Below the pieces are notes generated by a model. The model was given only the letters and a program-made list of their open reading frames with translations, was not told the DNA's origin and searched no databases. From a virus (Duplodnaviria; Caudoviricetes), in IMG/VR virus record IMGVR_UViG_3300020201_000026, positions 1 through 54,968 of that record: a stretch of DNA of 54,968 nt; one strand, 5' to 3'. Every line of letters begins with the position of its first letter. Within the stretch, counting starts at the first letter, position 1. Below, piece after piece: positions 24,266 through 34,352 of the stretch. A program made the translations under genes and the position numbers.

Positions 24266-24921
24266 TGTTGATAAAGGACAGCGTTGATGTTTATAATGCC
24301 GTGTTAGTTGAATTAAACAAGGAGTACAATGCCTCATTTGAAACGTGGGACTACTTGTTTTATTTGAACAAGGCGGTGTATGAGTGGGTCAAACTAAAGT
24401 ACAAGGAGTATGAAACCACACAGAAGCGAACAGACGACTTGCAGCTTATCACAAACAGAAACTACCCTGTTGAGCTTCAATTCTTAACAGGGGCGTTGCC
24501 TGCTAATTACTTGTTTCTATTAGGAGTACGAGCAGAAGTAAAAGGCAAAAAGAAATGTGAAGAGGGGGGAAACATCAAGGAGTGTTATAAAATGACTTCG
24601 GACAGAAAAGGGTACGAGGACAGCAACTATTACGGCAAGCTTAAAAACTGGTACGAGGTTTCAAAAGATAAAATAACTATGATACCTGAAAAAGATGCAA
24701 CGATAGACACAATACTGATTGAGTACTTGGAAAAGCCTTTGACGCAAGGTCTGGACATTGACAATGTTTCTTCCCCTTCTAACGTTTTGATTACTTTGTT
24801 AGAGAAGGAGTACATTGCTATTGAAATAATAAAAATAACCGCCTTGATGTTTTTAGAAAGCATAGAGCAGCAAAGAACACAAGGGCATTTACAACTAAAT
24901 AACCAATTCTTAACAAACTAA
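24265..24921 (+). CDS. neck/ring (head-tail adaptor) protein
   Basis: YLNKAV, YETTQKRTDDLQ, LPANYLF and IEYLEKP resemble crAss-like ring proteins. Confidence 0.65.
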   Translation: MLIKDSVDVYNAVLVELNKEYNASFETWDYLFYLNKAVYEWVKLKYKEYETTQKRTDDLQLITNRNYPVELQFLTGALPANYLFLLGVRAEVKGKKKCEEGGNIKECYKMTSDRKGYEDSNYYGKLKNWYEVSKDKITMIPEKDATIDTILIEYLEKPLTQGLDIDNVSSPSNVLITLLEKEYIAIEIIKITALMFLESIEQQRTQGHLQLNNQFLTN

Positions 24922-24925
24922 AAAC

Positions 24926-25891
24926 ATGTCATTTAAGATAAGAAAAACAATACTTGTAGCAAACACAAATGCTGACGTAAAAATATTAGAAGACAACATT
25001 GTTGATGAGGCAACAACCCCTTTGTTTAACGGGTTTGCCAATATAAATGCTTCTATTCAAATACAACCTTGTTCTACTATTATCAAACAAGGACAAATTG
25101 TGTCCTTACGTAGGACTTTAGTAGGGTCTACCTCAACAACGATTGCTGGCGCAAATGCCCCTAACTATTCTGTAGATGCTCTTGCGACTTCGTTTGTTAA
25201 TTTTAAAAACGAAACAGTTGTCCCTGTAACAAACACTGTGAGAAGAGCCGCCCCTCACATACTTGCTGCCATTTTGACAACGACAGGACTTGTGGCAGGT
25301 CTTCCTTACAAAATGCGACTGTCGTATAGGTCTCTTGACAGAAACCAAGTGGATATGCAAAGAGGCTGGAAGACAATAGGAACAAACGACATATTTAGAG
25401 CTAATATGTCAGATGCCAGTGTTTTTGCTACCAGAATTTCGTTGTTACTTAGCGCATTAGTCAAAAACAACCCAGAGTTAAAAGCAAACGTATACCCACA
25501 AGGGAGCATAGTATTCGTTGAAGGGCTAACGGCAGGCGTGGAGTTTTTCCTTTCTTTATCAGATGACGGGGACAACCTATACCAGAATGTCCCAGTTACC
25601 TATTCAGAAATTTCCAAAGCGTTTATGGGGGTTAATGATGCAGACTATATTCGCACATACATACAAACAAGAGAGGGAATGTATAACTTAAACAATGGCG
25701 ATACAAGATTCCTCCCTATCAACGGGGCGTACTACAACTCTTACCACATTGTATATCGTGTTGAGTCAGGCACAAACGAACATCAAATGGACACTATCAA
25801 TGCAGAACAATCGCATCTTATGGAGATAGTGTTATATGTAAATCAAGCAGCAACAGCAACAACAGCCGCACTCGGGGCTATGTTTGCGTAA
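24926..25891 (+). CDS. virion structural protein (possible auxiliary capsid protein)
   Basis: A/T/N/V-rich 321-aa protein in the structural block, followed by a terminator-like hairpin. Confidence 0.5.
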   Translation: MSFKIRKTILVANTNADVKILEDNIVDEATTPLFNGFANINASIQIQPCSTIIKQGQIVSLRRTLVGSTSTTIAGANAPNYSVDALATSFVNFKNETVVPVTNTVRRAAPHILAAILTTTGLVAGLPYKMRLSYRSLDRNQVDMQRGWKTIGTNDIFRANMSDASVFATRISLLLSALVKNNPELKANVYPQGSIVFVEGLTAGVEFFLSLSDDGDNLYQNVPVTYSEISKAFMGVNDADYIRTYIQTREGMYNLNNGDTRFLPINGAYYNSYHIVYRVESGTNEHQMDTINAEQSHLMEIVLYVNQAATATTAALGAMFA

Positions 25892-25918
25892 CTATTTGGG
25901 GGTTTATTTCGTTGAATG

Positions 25919-25941
25919 TGGAGTACGTTGTACTCCATTTT
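25919..25941 (+). terminator. probable intrinsic terminator
   Basis: TGGAGTAC-GTT-GTACTCCA-TTTT. Confidence 0.6.
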
Positions 25942-25953
25942 CATTTTATACAC

Positions 25954-26625
25954 ATGACTCTTTTGCAGATAGCCTCCCTTATTCGTAACCAAATAAGCCC
26001 GTTTATTACTAATGCCAACATAGATATAAACATGTTGAAGGACGAGATAATAAACACAAGAAACAGGCTTGTTTACGAGTATGACTTAAAGAAGCAGTTG
26101 CTATCCCCAGAGCAGTTGTATGTTGAGATAAACTGCATTCCCGTAGTGTGCAAAGACATAAGTGAGTGTTGCGACATAGACAGTGATGAGAAAGTTTTAG
26201 TTGCGGAAATACCAGAGCTAATGCAGATTAGCTCTATACCAAACCTTAGGTATGTAGGAACAATAGACAGGTCTACCCCGTTCAACCTTATAAAAGGGAA
26301 CGCCTACCTTTATAGGAAGTTTGCAAAGTGGACTTCCAAAATGAAAGCCGTGTGGCACAGAGAAGCTAAGAAGCAACTTGTTCTTTACAACTACAACACC
26401 TCTATCCCTCCTAAGTACATTACGGTAGAGCTTATCCCTAAAAACGAGCAGGAGATACTAAAGTACGAGTGCGCTTGTATAAACGAGGAAGATGTAGAGT
26501 TCAAATGTCCAGACTACCTTATATCAGTAATTACAGAAAAGCTATTAGCACAATACATGAGTCAATATCAAATGGGACACTTGCAAGCAAACACTCAGTC
26601 TGAAATAATAGGATTAAAACAATGA
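25954..26625 (+). CDS. neck/ring structural protein
   Basis: MTLLQI...R start, Cys cluster, RYVGTID. ATG 25954 preferred over TTG 25912, which overlaps the terminator. Confidence 0.55.
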   Translation: MTLLQIASLIRNQISPFITNANIDINMLKDEIINTRNRLVYEYDLKKQLLSPEQLYVEINCIPVVCKDISECCDIDSDEKVLVAEIPELMQISSIPNLRYVGTIDRSTPFNLIKGNAYLYRKFAKWTSKMKAVWHREAKKQLVLYNYNTSIPPKYITVELIPKNEQEILKYECACINEEDVEFKCPDYLISVITEKLLAQYMSQYQMGHLQANTQSEIIGLKQ

Positions 26626-27281
26626 GGTTAAAACGAAAGGGCATTTCCACAAACAACTTACGGTTATACAAGTACGAACACTATAGTCCTGAAACAGGCA
26701 TAAGCGTAGTAGCAATACGGTATGACTGTGAAGACCTGTTTGTTCTTTTGAAAAGCAAGGTCAAGGACTATATAAAAGAGAGTTATGTAAATGAGTGGAA
26801 CAAAACAAAAAAGAAAAAGAAAGACACAGCATACACCGCCGTCTACACAAAAGTAATACAGAGGTATTTTGAATGGTTAATAGAAAAGTGCATAGAAGGA
26901 CACAGCGTTGCTTTGTTCAACAATCCAAACCTGATAGCCAAAGTAACCCGTTACGTCCCTACAAGCGTTGAAAACACAAGGGTTGAGCAACTTAGAAAAG
27001 AGGCACTGTTGTTAGCAGCAAAGAAGAATATGGAAATAACCTTTGTGGAAACAGAAGACTTCTTTCTAAACAAATACAGGATATCCTTGTTAAAGACAAG
27101 CAAAGAGAACAGTCTTCACTACGTAGAAGCAGGCTACTTCATACGCCTGCCAAACAAGCAAAACAAAGAGTTAGAAAAACAGATAACCAAAAACCCAGAA
27201 GTATATGGAGATATCGCAGTACAGTTTTCAGGACAACTTAAATCTACCAAGAATCTTAGACTCTTTACGAAGAGACTTTGA
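26622..27281 (+). CDS. basic protein, possibly the IHF/HU-like protein of crAss tail modules
   Basis: VIQRYFEWLIEKCIEGHSVAL resembles the HU/IHF helix-strand; located just before the tail tubular gene. Confidence 0.4.
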   Translation: MRLKRKGISTNNLRLYKYEHYSPETGISVVAIRYDCEDLFVLLKSKVKDYIKESYVNEWNKTKKKKKDTAYTAVYTKVIQRYFEWLIEKCIEGHSVALFNNPNLIAKVTRYVPTSVENTRVEQLRKEALLLAAKKNMEITFVETEDFFLNKYRISLLKTSKENSLHYVEAGYFIRLPNKQNKELEKQITKNPEVYGDIAVQFSGQLKSTKNLRLFTKRL

Positions 27282-27807
27282 CATAGACGCTCCTTTAGAC
27301 TACGTTATAGAACAAGTAGGACAGTGCCTTAGACTAATAGGAAAGAAGGCGTTCCTTTTAGAAACATCAACTATGTGTGTTGTTAATGGGCAAATAAAAC
27401 TACCCTGCTATGTGGACAGAGTAGACATGGTAAGATTGAAAAACCAAAGCATTCCTTTTAGGTTTAAAGGGACAAGCACTGTTACATTCAACAGTATCTT
27501 CAACAAAGAGGAAGTAGAAGTAACATACTACGTTTATCAAAACGACGAGAACGGATTCCCTTTAATAGCTACAGAAGAGGAGTATTATGCCTGTTACCAC
27601 TGGGTCTTGTACCAGCATTTCCTACGTTTGTTTGCCAAAGGACTGGGACAAGAAGACAAGCTACAGTACTTTGAAAACTTGAAGAACCGATACATATTAC
27701 AAGCAAAAGCGGTAATGACCAACAGCGAGCTACAAGGAGTAGTGGACATACTTTACAGCACTTATAACAGGACACAGAGATATGGAAACAGCCCAAAACA
27801 CCGCTAA
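27205..27807 (+). CDS. tail tubular / ring protein
   Basis: CLRLIG, IKLPC, VTYY...DENGFPLI, ACYHW; precedes the stabilisation protein. Confidence 0.65.
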   Translation: MEISQYSFQDNLNLPRILDSLRRDFDIDAPLDYVIEQVGQCLRLIGKKAFLLETSTMCVVNGQIKLPCYVDRVDMVRLKNQSIPFRFKGTSTVTFNSIFNKEEVEVTYYVYQNDENGFPLIATEEEYYACYHWVLYQHFLRLFAKGLGQEDKLQYFENLKNRYILQAKAVMTNSELQGVVDILYSTYNRTQRYGNSPKHR

Positions 27808-30800
27808 TAAAGGACTGTCAATGGACTTAGACGAGTACATAAGTCTAAATGACACTTTGACTTTTGCACAAAACCTACGCCTGCTGTCTCAGTCAGACAA
27901 CAGCTACGTTATGCAGAACTTAGAAGGCAACGAGGAGTCCTTTGTGCTAACACGAGGGTTTCAGCCAATTGGGGTGGTAACAGACAACAGAGTGTCATAC
28001 ATTATATCCCATAACCCAACAACGAGACAAGGAGAAATAGGGACATACCCCTCCCCTAACTTCGGCACGAGGATATACGAAGAGGACTTTGATGTCAGTC
28101 CCTTTTACGAGTTTGACTTGTTCCCTGACAACCACCGCTATTACTATGCGGCGTACCTTGTAGGAGTGGGATACCCTGTTTCAATGGTGAACGAGTATCA
28201 CCCTCTGATGACGATGAAGTACGGGAGTAACAACAGATACCCTTTGAGAAGCAAGCTGTTTAACTTTAACCTGAACAATCCTATCGCAAATGAGATTGTA
28301 GCCAAGCTGTCGTATGACTACTCCTATGGTTTGTATTTCACAGACAACCTAAACCCTATCCGTAGTGTGAACGGCAGTGTGGTATATAAAGACGGGGCTT
28401 ACTCTATTAACGCTCGCACATACACAGAGCAGGACTTTTCAACTGAGCTGAACCTAATACTCAACACTTTAAAATACACCTCCATAGCTCTACAAGACGT
28501 TGCGGCAGGAGGACGGTTGAAGTTTGGGAACTACATATACTATTTAAAGTACAAGACGCAAGACTCTAACACTACCTCTGTCATAGCACAGTCTTCGTTA
28601 GTCAGTGTTTTTAGAACTACGACAGGAGGAAGTAACGGCAATGTTTCATATGGAGGAAGTTCTGTTATAGGACAGAACTCTTCATTGGGTCAGTCTTTTA
28701 CAGACATAACAACGCCTAATCAAGTCATACTGTTTGTATCAGATATAGACCCCTCCTACACTTCTTTTAGGCTTATAGTAGAGTACAGTACAGGGGACGA
28801 CATAGCTACACAGGAGTTTTATGAAATAGACCAAGACTTTCCTATCACAAGCACAACCCAATACATTTCTCACACTGGCTTTGAGAACACTCTTGCTGTT
28901 TCAACTACTTCTATAAGCAGTGCGTACTACTCTTCCTTTTTAGCTAAGTCAATTACTCAATTAGACGGAAGGCTGTTTGCCACAAACATAAAGATAACCT
29001 CTCAGAACCACGCCTTATACACTAAGTTTGCAAACGCTTTTGTGTTAGAAGCAGTTGAAGTTTCAGCAGGGACACCTACTATAATGGCAGGGGACGTTTT
29101 AAACTATAGCCAAACGGGCTACCACAAGCCTCTAACCATATACAATAGCTTGGGCTATTGGTGGGAGGAGACATATGCTTTTGGAATAGTCTTTAAGCTC
29201 AAAGACGGAAGTGAAACCCAAGCCTACTTCCCAACAGGATACGACTACTTATCAACCACTCCTTTAACCAGCGTTAATAAAAAAGGAATAATAAGAACCC
29301 CTAAGAAGCCTGAGACGCTTGAGCTAACCACTGTGCGAATAGATGTTAGGTTAGAGTCCACTATGTTTGGCAATCTGACAATAGCAGAGAAAAACGAACT
29401 AAAAGAAAACATAATAGGCTGCAAGATAGTAAGAGCAGATAGAAACAGAGACGCAATAGCACAAGGGGTAGTCTGTACTACTTCTTCTGTGCCAGCAGGC
29501 GACTACAGTGTTACAGAACTAAGCTGGTTAGGGGTTGTTAGTTGGGGTAGCTCCCTTGACAAGAACAACAGCAATCAGTGGACTACTTATCAAAACGCAA
29601 CAGACAGAAGAGTAATCCCTGCTCCAAGAGGACACACAGAAACAGAATGGAGAAGACACTCTGGGAACAGTGCAAAGTCCTCACAGGTAGGTTCTTATAT
29701 GAACATCTTAAAAGACGAACGCAGGTATGCCTTCTATTCCCCTGACTGCGACTTAAACAGGACTACAAGGAGCAGGTTAAACGATGTAACTTTGTCCGTA
29801 GTGCCAAAACACAGGTATCTTTCTGGGCGATACTCTAAACAAACTAACAGCTCATTTAGAACTGACTTTTTGTATTTTCCTTCTTCAATATACAATGAAA
29901 ACACCCCCGTCAAAAAAAACTGCAAGAGCTGGATAGTAGACACAGGAAGAGATATAACAGGAGGTTTATTTGCAAGCAACTTAAACTATCTGTCTAACTC
30001 TGTTGTAACAGGAAACAACAACAACTCAACGGCTTTAATCCACGTCAATCACGTTTTTGAAGGCTATGTAGGGCTTGTGCTTTCGGAAGACACTTTTCAA
30101 GGCAACCAGTTTGGGTTAAGGGACTTTGTGTTTCAGGACGGAGGAAATGAAAACCAGAGAGTAATCCAGTCTTTGACAATGGAACAAGACAGCACTTCCT
30201 CTCCTGACTTCACAGTTGTAAATATTTACGACACGGAACAACGGGCTAACTATCTTTCTCTCTACCCACAAGTAAACCTGCTACAATACAAGAGTGTTAC
30301 ACAAGGTTCGCTTTTTGATTGGAAAACCATATTGTTAGGGGCATTGCCCACAATACAATGTTTTAGAGGAGACTGCTTTGTAGGAGAGTTCTTTAAAAGA
30401 ATGTGGTATTGTAAAACAGGGGAAGGCTACACAGGAGTCGTTTTACAGATAATAACAGAAAACAACTCAAACCCTTACCTAAGAAACAGTGAGCTGGTAG
30501 ATATAAATGAGGGGCAACGAGTCGCCTTGCCAGAGGTTGAAATAGACAACAACAACTTAGTAGCGGCTACTACCAACTTTGCAAACGCGGATTGGAGATT
30601 AGACAGCCCTGTCAATGGGCAGTTGCTTTTGTTTACTCGCTACAACAAATCACCAGAAAGCAGAGGCTACAACAAAGGCTATAGCCACGTGTTGGGGGAA
30701 CAAAGAACTACGGCATTTGACACAACCCTGCCGTCAGTTAGCAACCACTTCCCTACCAGAGTGATATATAGCGAACAGCAAGTTGGATTGTCCTTCACAG

Positions 30801-31852
30801 ACTTTTACAGGCAGATAGGACTGCTAAACACACAAGACTACCCTATTGAACTTGGGGAAGCTTCGGATATATGCTCCTTAGGCTTTAGCCTGTACCTGAC
30901 ACAGGAGTTTGGGGTGTCTAAGCTCCCTTATAAAGAAAGAGTCCCTATATCAACAGAAGGACAGGTGTTTGTAAGTGGAACGGGAGTACTCACTCCATAC
31001 AGTCAGCTGCTTTCTAAAATAGGCTCACAGCACACTCACTCAGTTATTTCAACAGACAATGCTATATACGGTATAGATGTCAATAGAAGAAAGCTATGGG
31101 CTATTGTAGGGGACACAGTGAAGGCTATTTCCGATGATGTTGTAAGCTCCTTTCTCAGAAGCAACGAAGGCACAGACAGAATAGGAGGATACAATTTTCT
31201 AAGGGACTTAGAAGGGAGATACCACGTAAGAACTGTCTGGGACAAAAGGCAAAACGAGGTTATGTTTGTTTTCTACAGAAGCACCGTCCCTTTGTCAAAC
31301 TACATGGATACCTTCACTCTCTGTTACAGCGAAAAGCTACAAGTGTTTATGTCTTATTACACTTATAGCCCTTCTATTATGTGGAACGTCAGTGATGTGT
31401 TGTTCTCTTTTCCTTCTTCGGAAGTTAAACAGTACGATAAATTAGAAGGGTACAAGCACAATGGAGGAGGCTACAACAACTTCTACGGGGGAAGCCTGCC
31501 TACTATAATGGAGATAGTAGTGAACGACAATGTGGCATACAGCAAAGTGTTTGACAATCACTCTGTGATAGGAAACAACATCTACCCTACGGAAATAGAG
31601 TGGAACACTGAAAACCAAACGGCGAAAAGGGATATCTCGTGGTTGCTAAAAAGGAAAAGAGTAAGGCAAGAGGAGAATCGCGTTTCAATAGTCATAGGCA
31701 GTAGCGACACAGACAAAGGGGAAGACTACAACCATAGCCGAGTCAATTCTCGTATAAGAGATAAATACGTAAAGGTGAGGTTCACATACAACGCAATAAA
31801 AAAACTAAGAGTACAATCGTTTCTAACTAAATACAGAATGTCAAATGTGTAA
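27782..31852 (+). CDS. tail stabilisation (muzzle/nozzle) protein
   Basis: 1356 aa; NTANKGLSMD...LTFAQNLRL start, ETYAFGIVFKLKDGS, FRGDCFV and RIRDKYVKVRF end resemble crAss-like Tstab. Confidence 0.8.
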   Translation: METAQNTANKGLSMDLDEYISLNDTLTFAQNLRLLSQSDNSYVMQNLEGNEESFVLTRGFQPIGVVTDNRVSYIISHNPTTRQGEIGTYPSPNFGTRIYEEDFDVSPFYEFDLFPDNHRYYYAAYLVGVGYPVSMVNEYHPLMTMKYGSNNRYPLRSKLFNFNLNNPIANEIVAKLSYDYSYGLYFTDNLNPIRSVNGSVVYKDGAYSINARTYTEQDFSTELNLILNTLKYTSIALQDVAAGGRLKFGNYIYYLKYKTQDSNTTSVIAQSSLVSVFRTTTGGSNGNVSYGGSSVIGQNSSLGQSFTDITTPNQVILFVSDIDPSYTSFRLIVEYSTGDDIATQEFYEIDQDFPITSTTQYISHTGFENTLAVSTTSISSAYYSSFLAKSITQLDGRLFATNIKITSQNHALYTKFANAFVLEAVEVSAGTPTIMAGDVLNYSQTGYHKPLTIYNSLGYWWEETYAFGIVFKLKDGSETQAYFPTGYDYLSTTPLTSVNKKGIIRTPKKPETLELTTVRIDVRLESTMFGNLTIAEKNELKENIIGCKIVRADRNRDAIAQGVVCTTSSVPAGDYSVTELSWLGVVSWGSSLDKNNSNQWTTYQNATDRRVIPAPRGHTETEWRRHSGNSAKSSQVGSYMNILKDERRYAFYSPDCDLNRTTRSRLNDVTLSVVPKHRYLSGRYSKQTNSSFRTDFLYFPSSIYNENTPVKKNCKSWIVDTGRDITGGLFASNLNYLSNSVVTGNNNNSTALIHVNHVFEGYVGLVLSEDTFQGNQFGLRDFVFQDGGNENQRVIQSLTMEQDSTSSPDFTVVNIYDTEQRANYLSLYPQVNLLQYKSVTQGSLFDWKTILLGALPTIQCFRGDCFVGEFFKRMWYCKTGEGYTGVVLQIITENNSNPYLRNSELVDINEGQRVALPEVEIDNNNLVAATTNFANADWRLDSPVNGQLLLFTRYNKSPESRGYNKGYSHVLGEQRTTAFDTTLPSVSNHFPTRVIYSEQQVGLSFTDFYRQIGLLNTQDYPIELGEASDICSLGFSLYLTQEFGVSKLPYKERVPISTEGQVFVSGTGVLTPYSQLLSKIGSQHTHSVISTDNAIYGIDVNRRKLWAIVGDTVKAISDDVVSSFLRSNEGTDRIGGYNFLRDLEGRYHVRTVWDKRQNEVMFVFYRSTVPLSNYMDTFTLCYSEKLQVFMSYYTYSPSIMWNVSDVLFSFPSSEVKQYDKLEGYKHNGGGYNNFYGGSLPTIMEIVVNDNVAYSKVFDNHSVIGNNIYPTEIEWNTENQTAKRDISWLLKRKRVRQEENRVSIVIGSSDTDKGEDYNHSRVNSRIRDKYVKVRFTYNAIKKLRVQSFLTKYRMSNV

Positions 31853-32879
31853 AGAATGTGATAAAAAAAGACTTGTCAGACAACGCGTCTTTCAAAAAGG
31901 GGGGTCTGTTTCTACAATGGGCTACAAAGACAACTCCCCGTATAGAAACGCCCCTTCTCTGATGATAGATAGCCCGAACGGCACAATAACAATGGACGGG
32001 GTATCCAAAGACCTAATAGGCATAGACGAGTACGGGAATAGGAAAGTGATGAAGGCTAATAGTGGGGAGTACCGTTTTAAAGGCAGCAAGGTAAAGGAAA
32101 TACCAATCGCTCAGGCAGGCGGAGAGCTAAGTGAGGGAATGTCTGGAAACCTATTAGGAGGAATACAAGGAGGCGTAGGTCTATTGTCAGACGGGGTGGA
32201 CTACCTTTCTAACAAGAACACAATGAACAATCCGCAAAAAGGAAAGTCGCTTGGCTCTATGATAGGCGGAGGCTTAGGATTAGCCTCAATGGCTTTTGGC
32301 GTCCCTCCAACAGTAGGAATGGCGATAGGCAGCAAGTTAGGAGGGGCAGTAGGCGGAGTAGTAGGAAACAAAATATTAGAAAAACCAGTATTACAAACAG
32401 TAAACACAGTAGGAATCCCAAAAGCTAAAACAGGAGGCTTATTAAACCAAAGAAACATGAACTTCAGAGAAAAGTACAACGACTACCAAAGCGGTGGGGC
32501 ATTGACAAAGAATTATCAAGGCGGCGGCTTAGTGTCAGGAGAAGGGGCTATGCCTCATAGTCAGGGGGGTGTTCCCACTGTAGACGAAACAGGACAGCAA
32601 ATAGCAGAAGTAGAAGGGGGAGAACGCATCTTCTCAGTAGAGGACACTGCCCAAATTGAACAGATGGTTCAAGAATACAGCCAGACAAATTCACCAGAGC
32701 TGGCTCAACAAGGCTGGGACTTTGTGGTACAGGCTATTATGAAACAGGAGCAGGTGAATCCTTCTGAAACGGGGGTAGCAGGAGATACCTCTATGCAACA
32801 ACCGATGATGGAGAAAGGCGGAAAGTTCTTGTCTAAAAAAGGGCTATTTAACTATTGGAAAAACGATGACGAAGAATAA
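31845..32879 (+). CDS. internal virion cargo/ejection protein
   Basis: Gly-rich hydrophobic hairpin, PHSQGGVP...AEVEGGE, six xxxGG motifs. Confidence 0.65.
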   Translation: MCKECDKKRLVRQRVFQKGGSVSTMGYKDNSPYRNAPSLMIDSPNGTITMDGVSKDLIGIDEYGNRKVMKANSGEYRFKGSKVKEIPIAQAGGELSEGMSGNLLGGIQGGVGLLSDGVDYLSNKNTMNNPQKGKSLGSMIGGGLGLASMAFGVPPTVGMAIGSKLGGAVGGVVGNKILEKPVLQTVNTVGIPKAKTGGLLNQRNMNFREKYNDYQSGGALTKNYQGGGLVSGEGAMPHSQGGVPTVDETGQQIAEVEGGERIFSVEDTAQIEQMVQEYSQTNSPELAQQGWDFVVQAIMKQEQVNPSETGVAGDTSMQQPMMEKGGKFLSKKGLFNYWKNDDEE

Positions 32880-34128
32880 AATAAAAAACCCGTTTAAGAA
32901 GCTACAGAGCGGAGCAAGGATACCCCTCCAAACATTCCCTCTTTTAAAGCCAAGAGGGATTGCTCCTTTTACAGAAGGCAGTCTTGCCGCAAAAACAATG
33001 GGAGAGAAAGCATCAAGGATTAGCTCAGGCACTCTTGAACCTTTTCCTTTTATGAAAGTGGAAGACAGTCTTGCCCCAGAAACAATGCAAAAGAAAGCAT
33101 TAGCGATTAACCCACTTACCCCTGTTCCTGTTCCTGTAAAAGACCCAACAAAAGCACGAATGGTCTATGACAAAGTAACAGGCAGGTTAAAAAGAGTATT
33201 TGACGGAGCAACCGCTGGAGCAACTGGAATGGACAAGGTCTTTGCTGTTACAAACCTTGTGAATATGGGCAAGGGCTATTTGGGAAGAGGACTAAAGCCT
33301 CCTGCCAGAAGCCTTCAAGACAGACAAGACATAATAGGAAGCACGCAGGGTATGAACCAGTATGCCAAAGATAGTGCCTTGCAAGGAATGAGCAACCAAG
33401 CCAACACACAAGCTAACAACAATAGAAGCATTGACAATAGAATGAACATAGCCTCCACAATGGGGACACAAGAGGGGCTTAACAACAGTGCCACACAGCT
33501 AAATGCTCAGGACAGTCAGATGTATGACCAAAGCAGAAACACCCAGCTGCAAGCACGGCAAGGGGAAAACATGAGAATGTTAAGCACAAGTCAGAAGTTC
33601 CAGCAAGGACTACAAGACGAGGCTATGACCAATTACAAAAACCAACAAGCCGCTTCCCAACAAGCAATAAATCAAGGACAGCAAAATATGTTTTTGCAAA
33701 GCAGAGACATACAAGCCAAGAAAGAACAGGAAAAAGCAATGATTTACCAATCTGCCGTAGGACAAGTTCAAAAAAACGTAAAAGTAAACCCGACAGCAGA
33801 CGGCAAATTCACTGTTTCCCACTATGACCAATCAGGAAAACTTGTTGTCTCCCCTGTTTTTAACAGCATGTACGAAGCCAGTATCTTTGCCTCCAGTGAA
33901 AAAGCATCTTCTTCTATAGACAAAGCAATAGCTGAACAAATGGAAAAGATTAGAAAAGGAATAGCTGGTTTTTCCAACGGAGGAAAGATGACGCAGTCTC
34001 ATGCTAAGAACCCCTTTTCGTACATGGAAAAATACAACGTCAAACTAATGGACATAACCAAGAACTGGGGAGCGATTAATATGAAAAACAGAAACAAAAT
34101 ATCCTTAAACTTTAAAAAACAACTGTGA
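32866..34128 (+). CDS. internal virion cargo protein (Q/N/M-rich helical)
   Basis: Composition, position and FSNGG motif. Confidence 0.6.
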   Translation: MTKNKIKNPFKKLQSGARIPLQTFPLLKPRGIAPFTEGSLAAKTMGEKASRISSGTLEPFPFMKVEDSLAPETMQKKALAINPLTPVPVPVKDPTKARMVYDKVTGRLKRVFDGATAGATGMDKVFAVTNLVNMGKGYLGRGLKPPARSLQDRQDIIGSTQGMNQYAKDSALQGMSNQANTQANNNRSIDNRMNIASTMGTQEGLNNSATQLNAQDSQMYDQSRNTQLQARQGENMRMLSTSQKFQQGLQDEAMTNYKNQQAASQQAINQGQQNMFLQSRDIQAKKEQEKAMIYQSAVGQVQKNVKVNPTADGKFTVSHYDQSGKLVVSPVFNSMYEASIFASSEKASSSIDKAIAEQMEKIRKGIAGFSNGGKMTQSHAKNPFSYMEKYNVKLMDITKNWGAINMKNRNKISLNFKKQL

Positions 34129-34352
34129 TATTAAACACGACAACAGGCGGCTTCATAGACTGGCTGAAAGAAAAAGACGAGCCTTTATGTATAAACACAA
34201 AGGCTCTTTCTATTATATACAAAACCAGAAAGCCGTTTGCCCGTATTATAAAAGACCAGCACGACTTTTTAATACGCAAGGTATGCACTGTAAAGAGAGA
34301 CTTGTATAAGTTTGAACAAGACTACATAGACCAATTAAACAAGAACACATGA
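34125..34352 (+). CDS. small hypothetical protein
   Basis: GTGA and ATGA overlaps at both ends indicate translational coupling. Confidence 0.6.
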   Translation: MILNTTTGGFIDWLKEKDEPLCINTKALSIIYKTRKPFARIIKDQHDFLIRKVCTVKRDLYKFEQDYIDQLNKNT

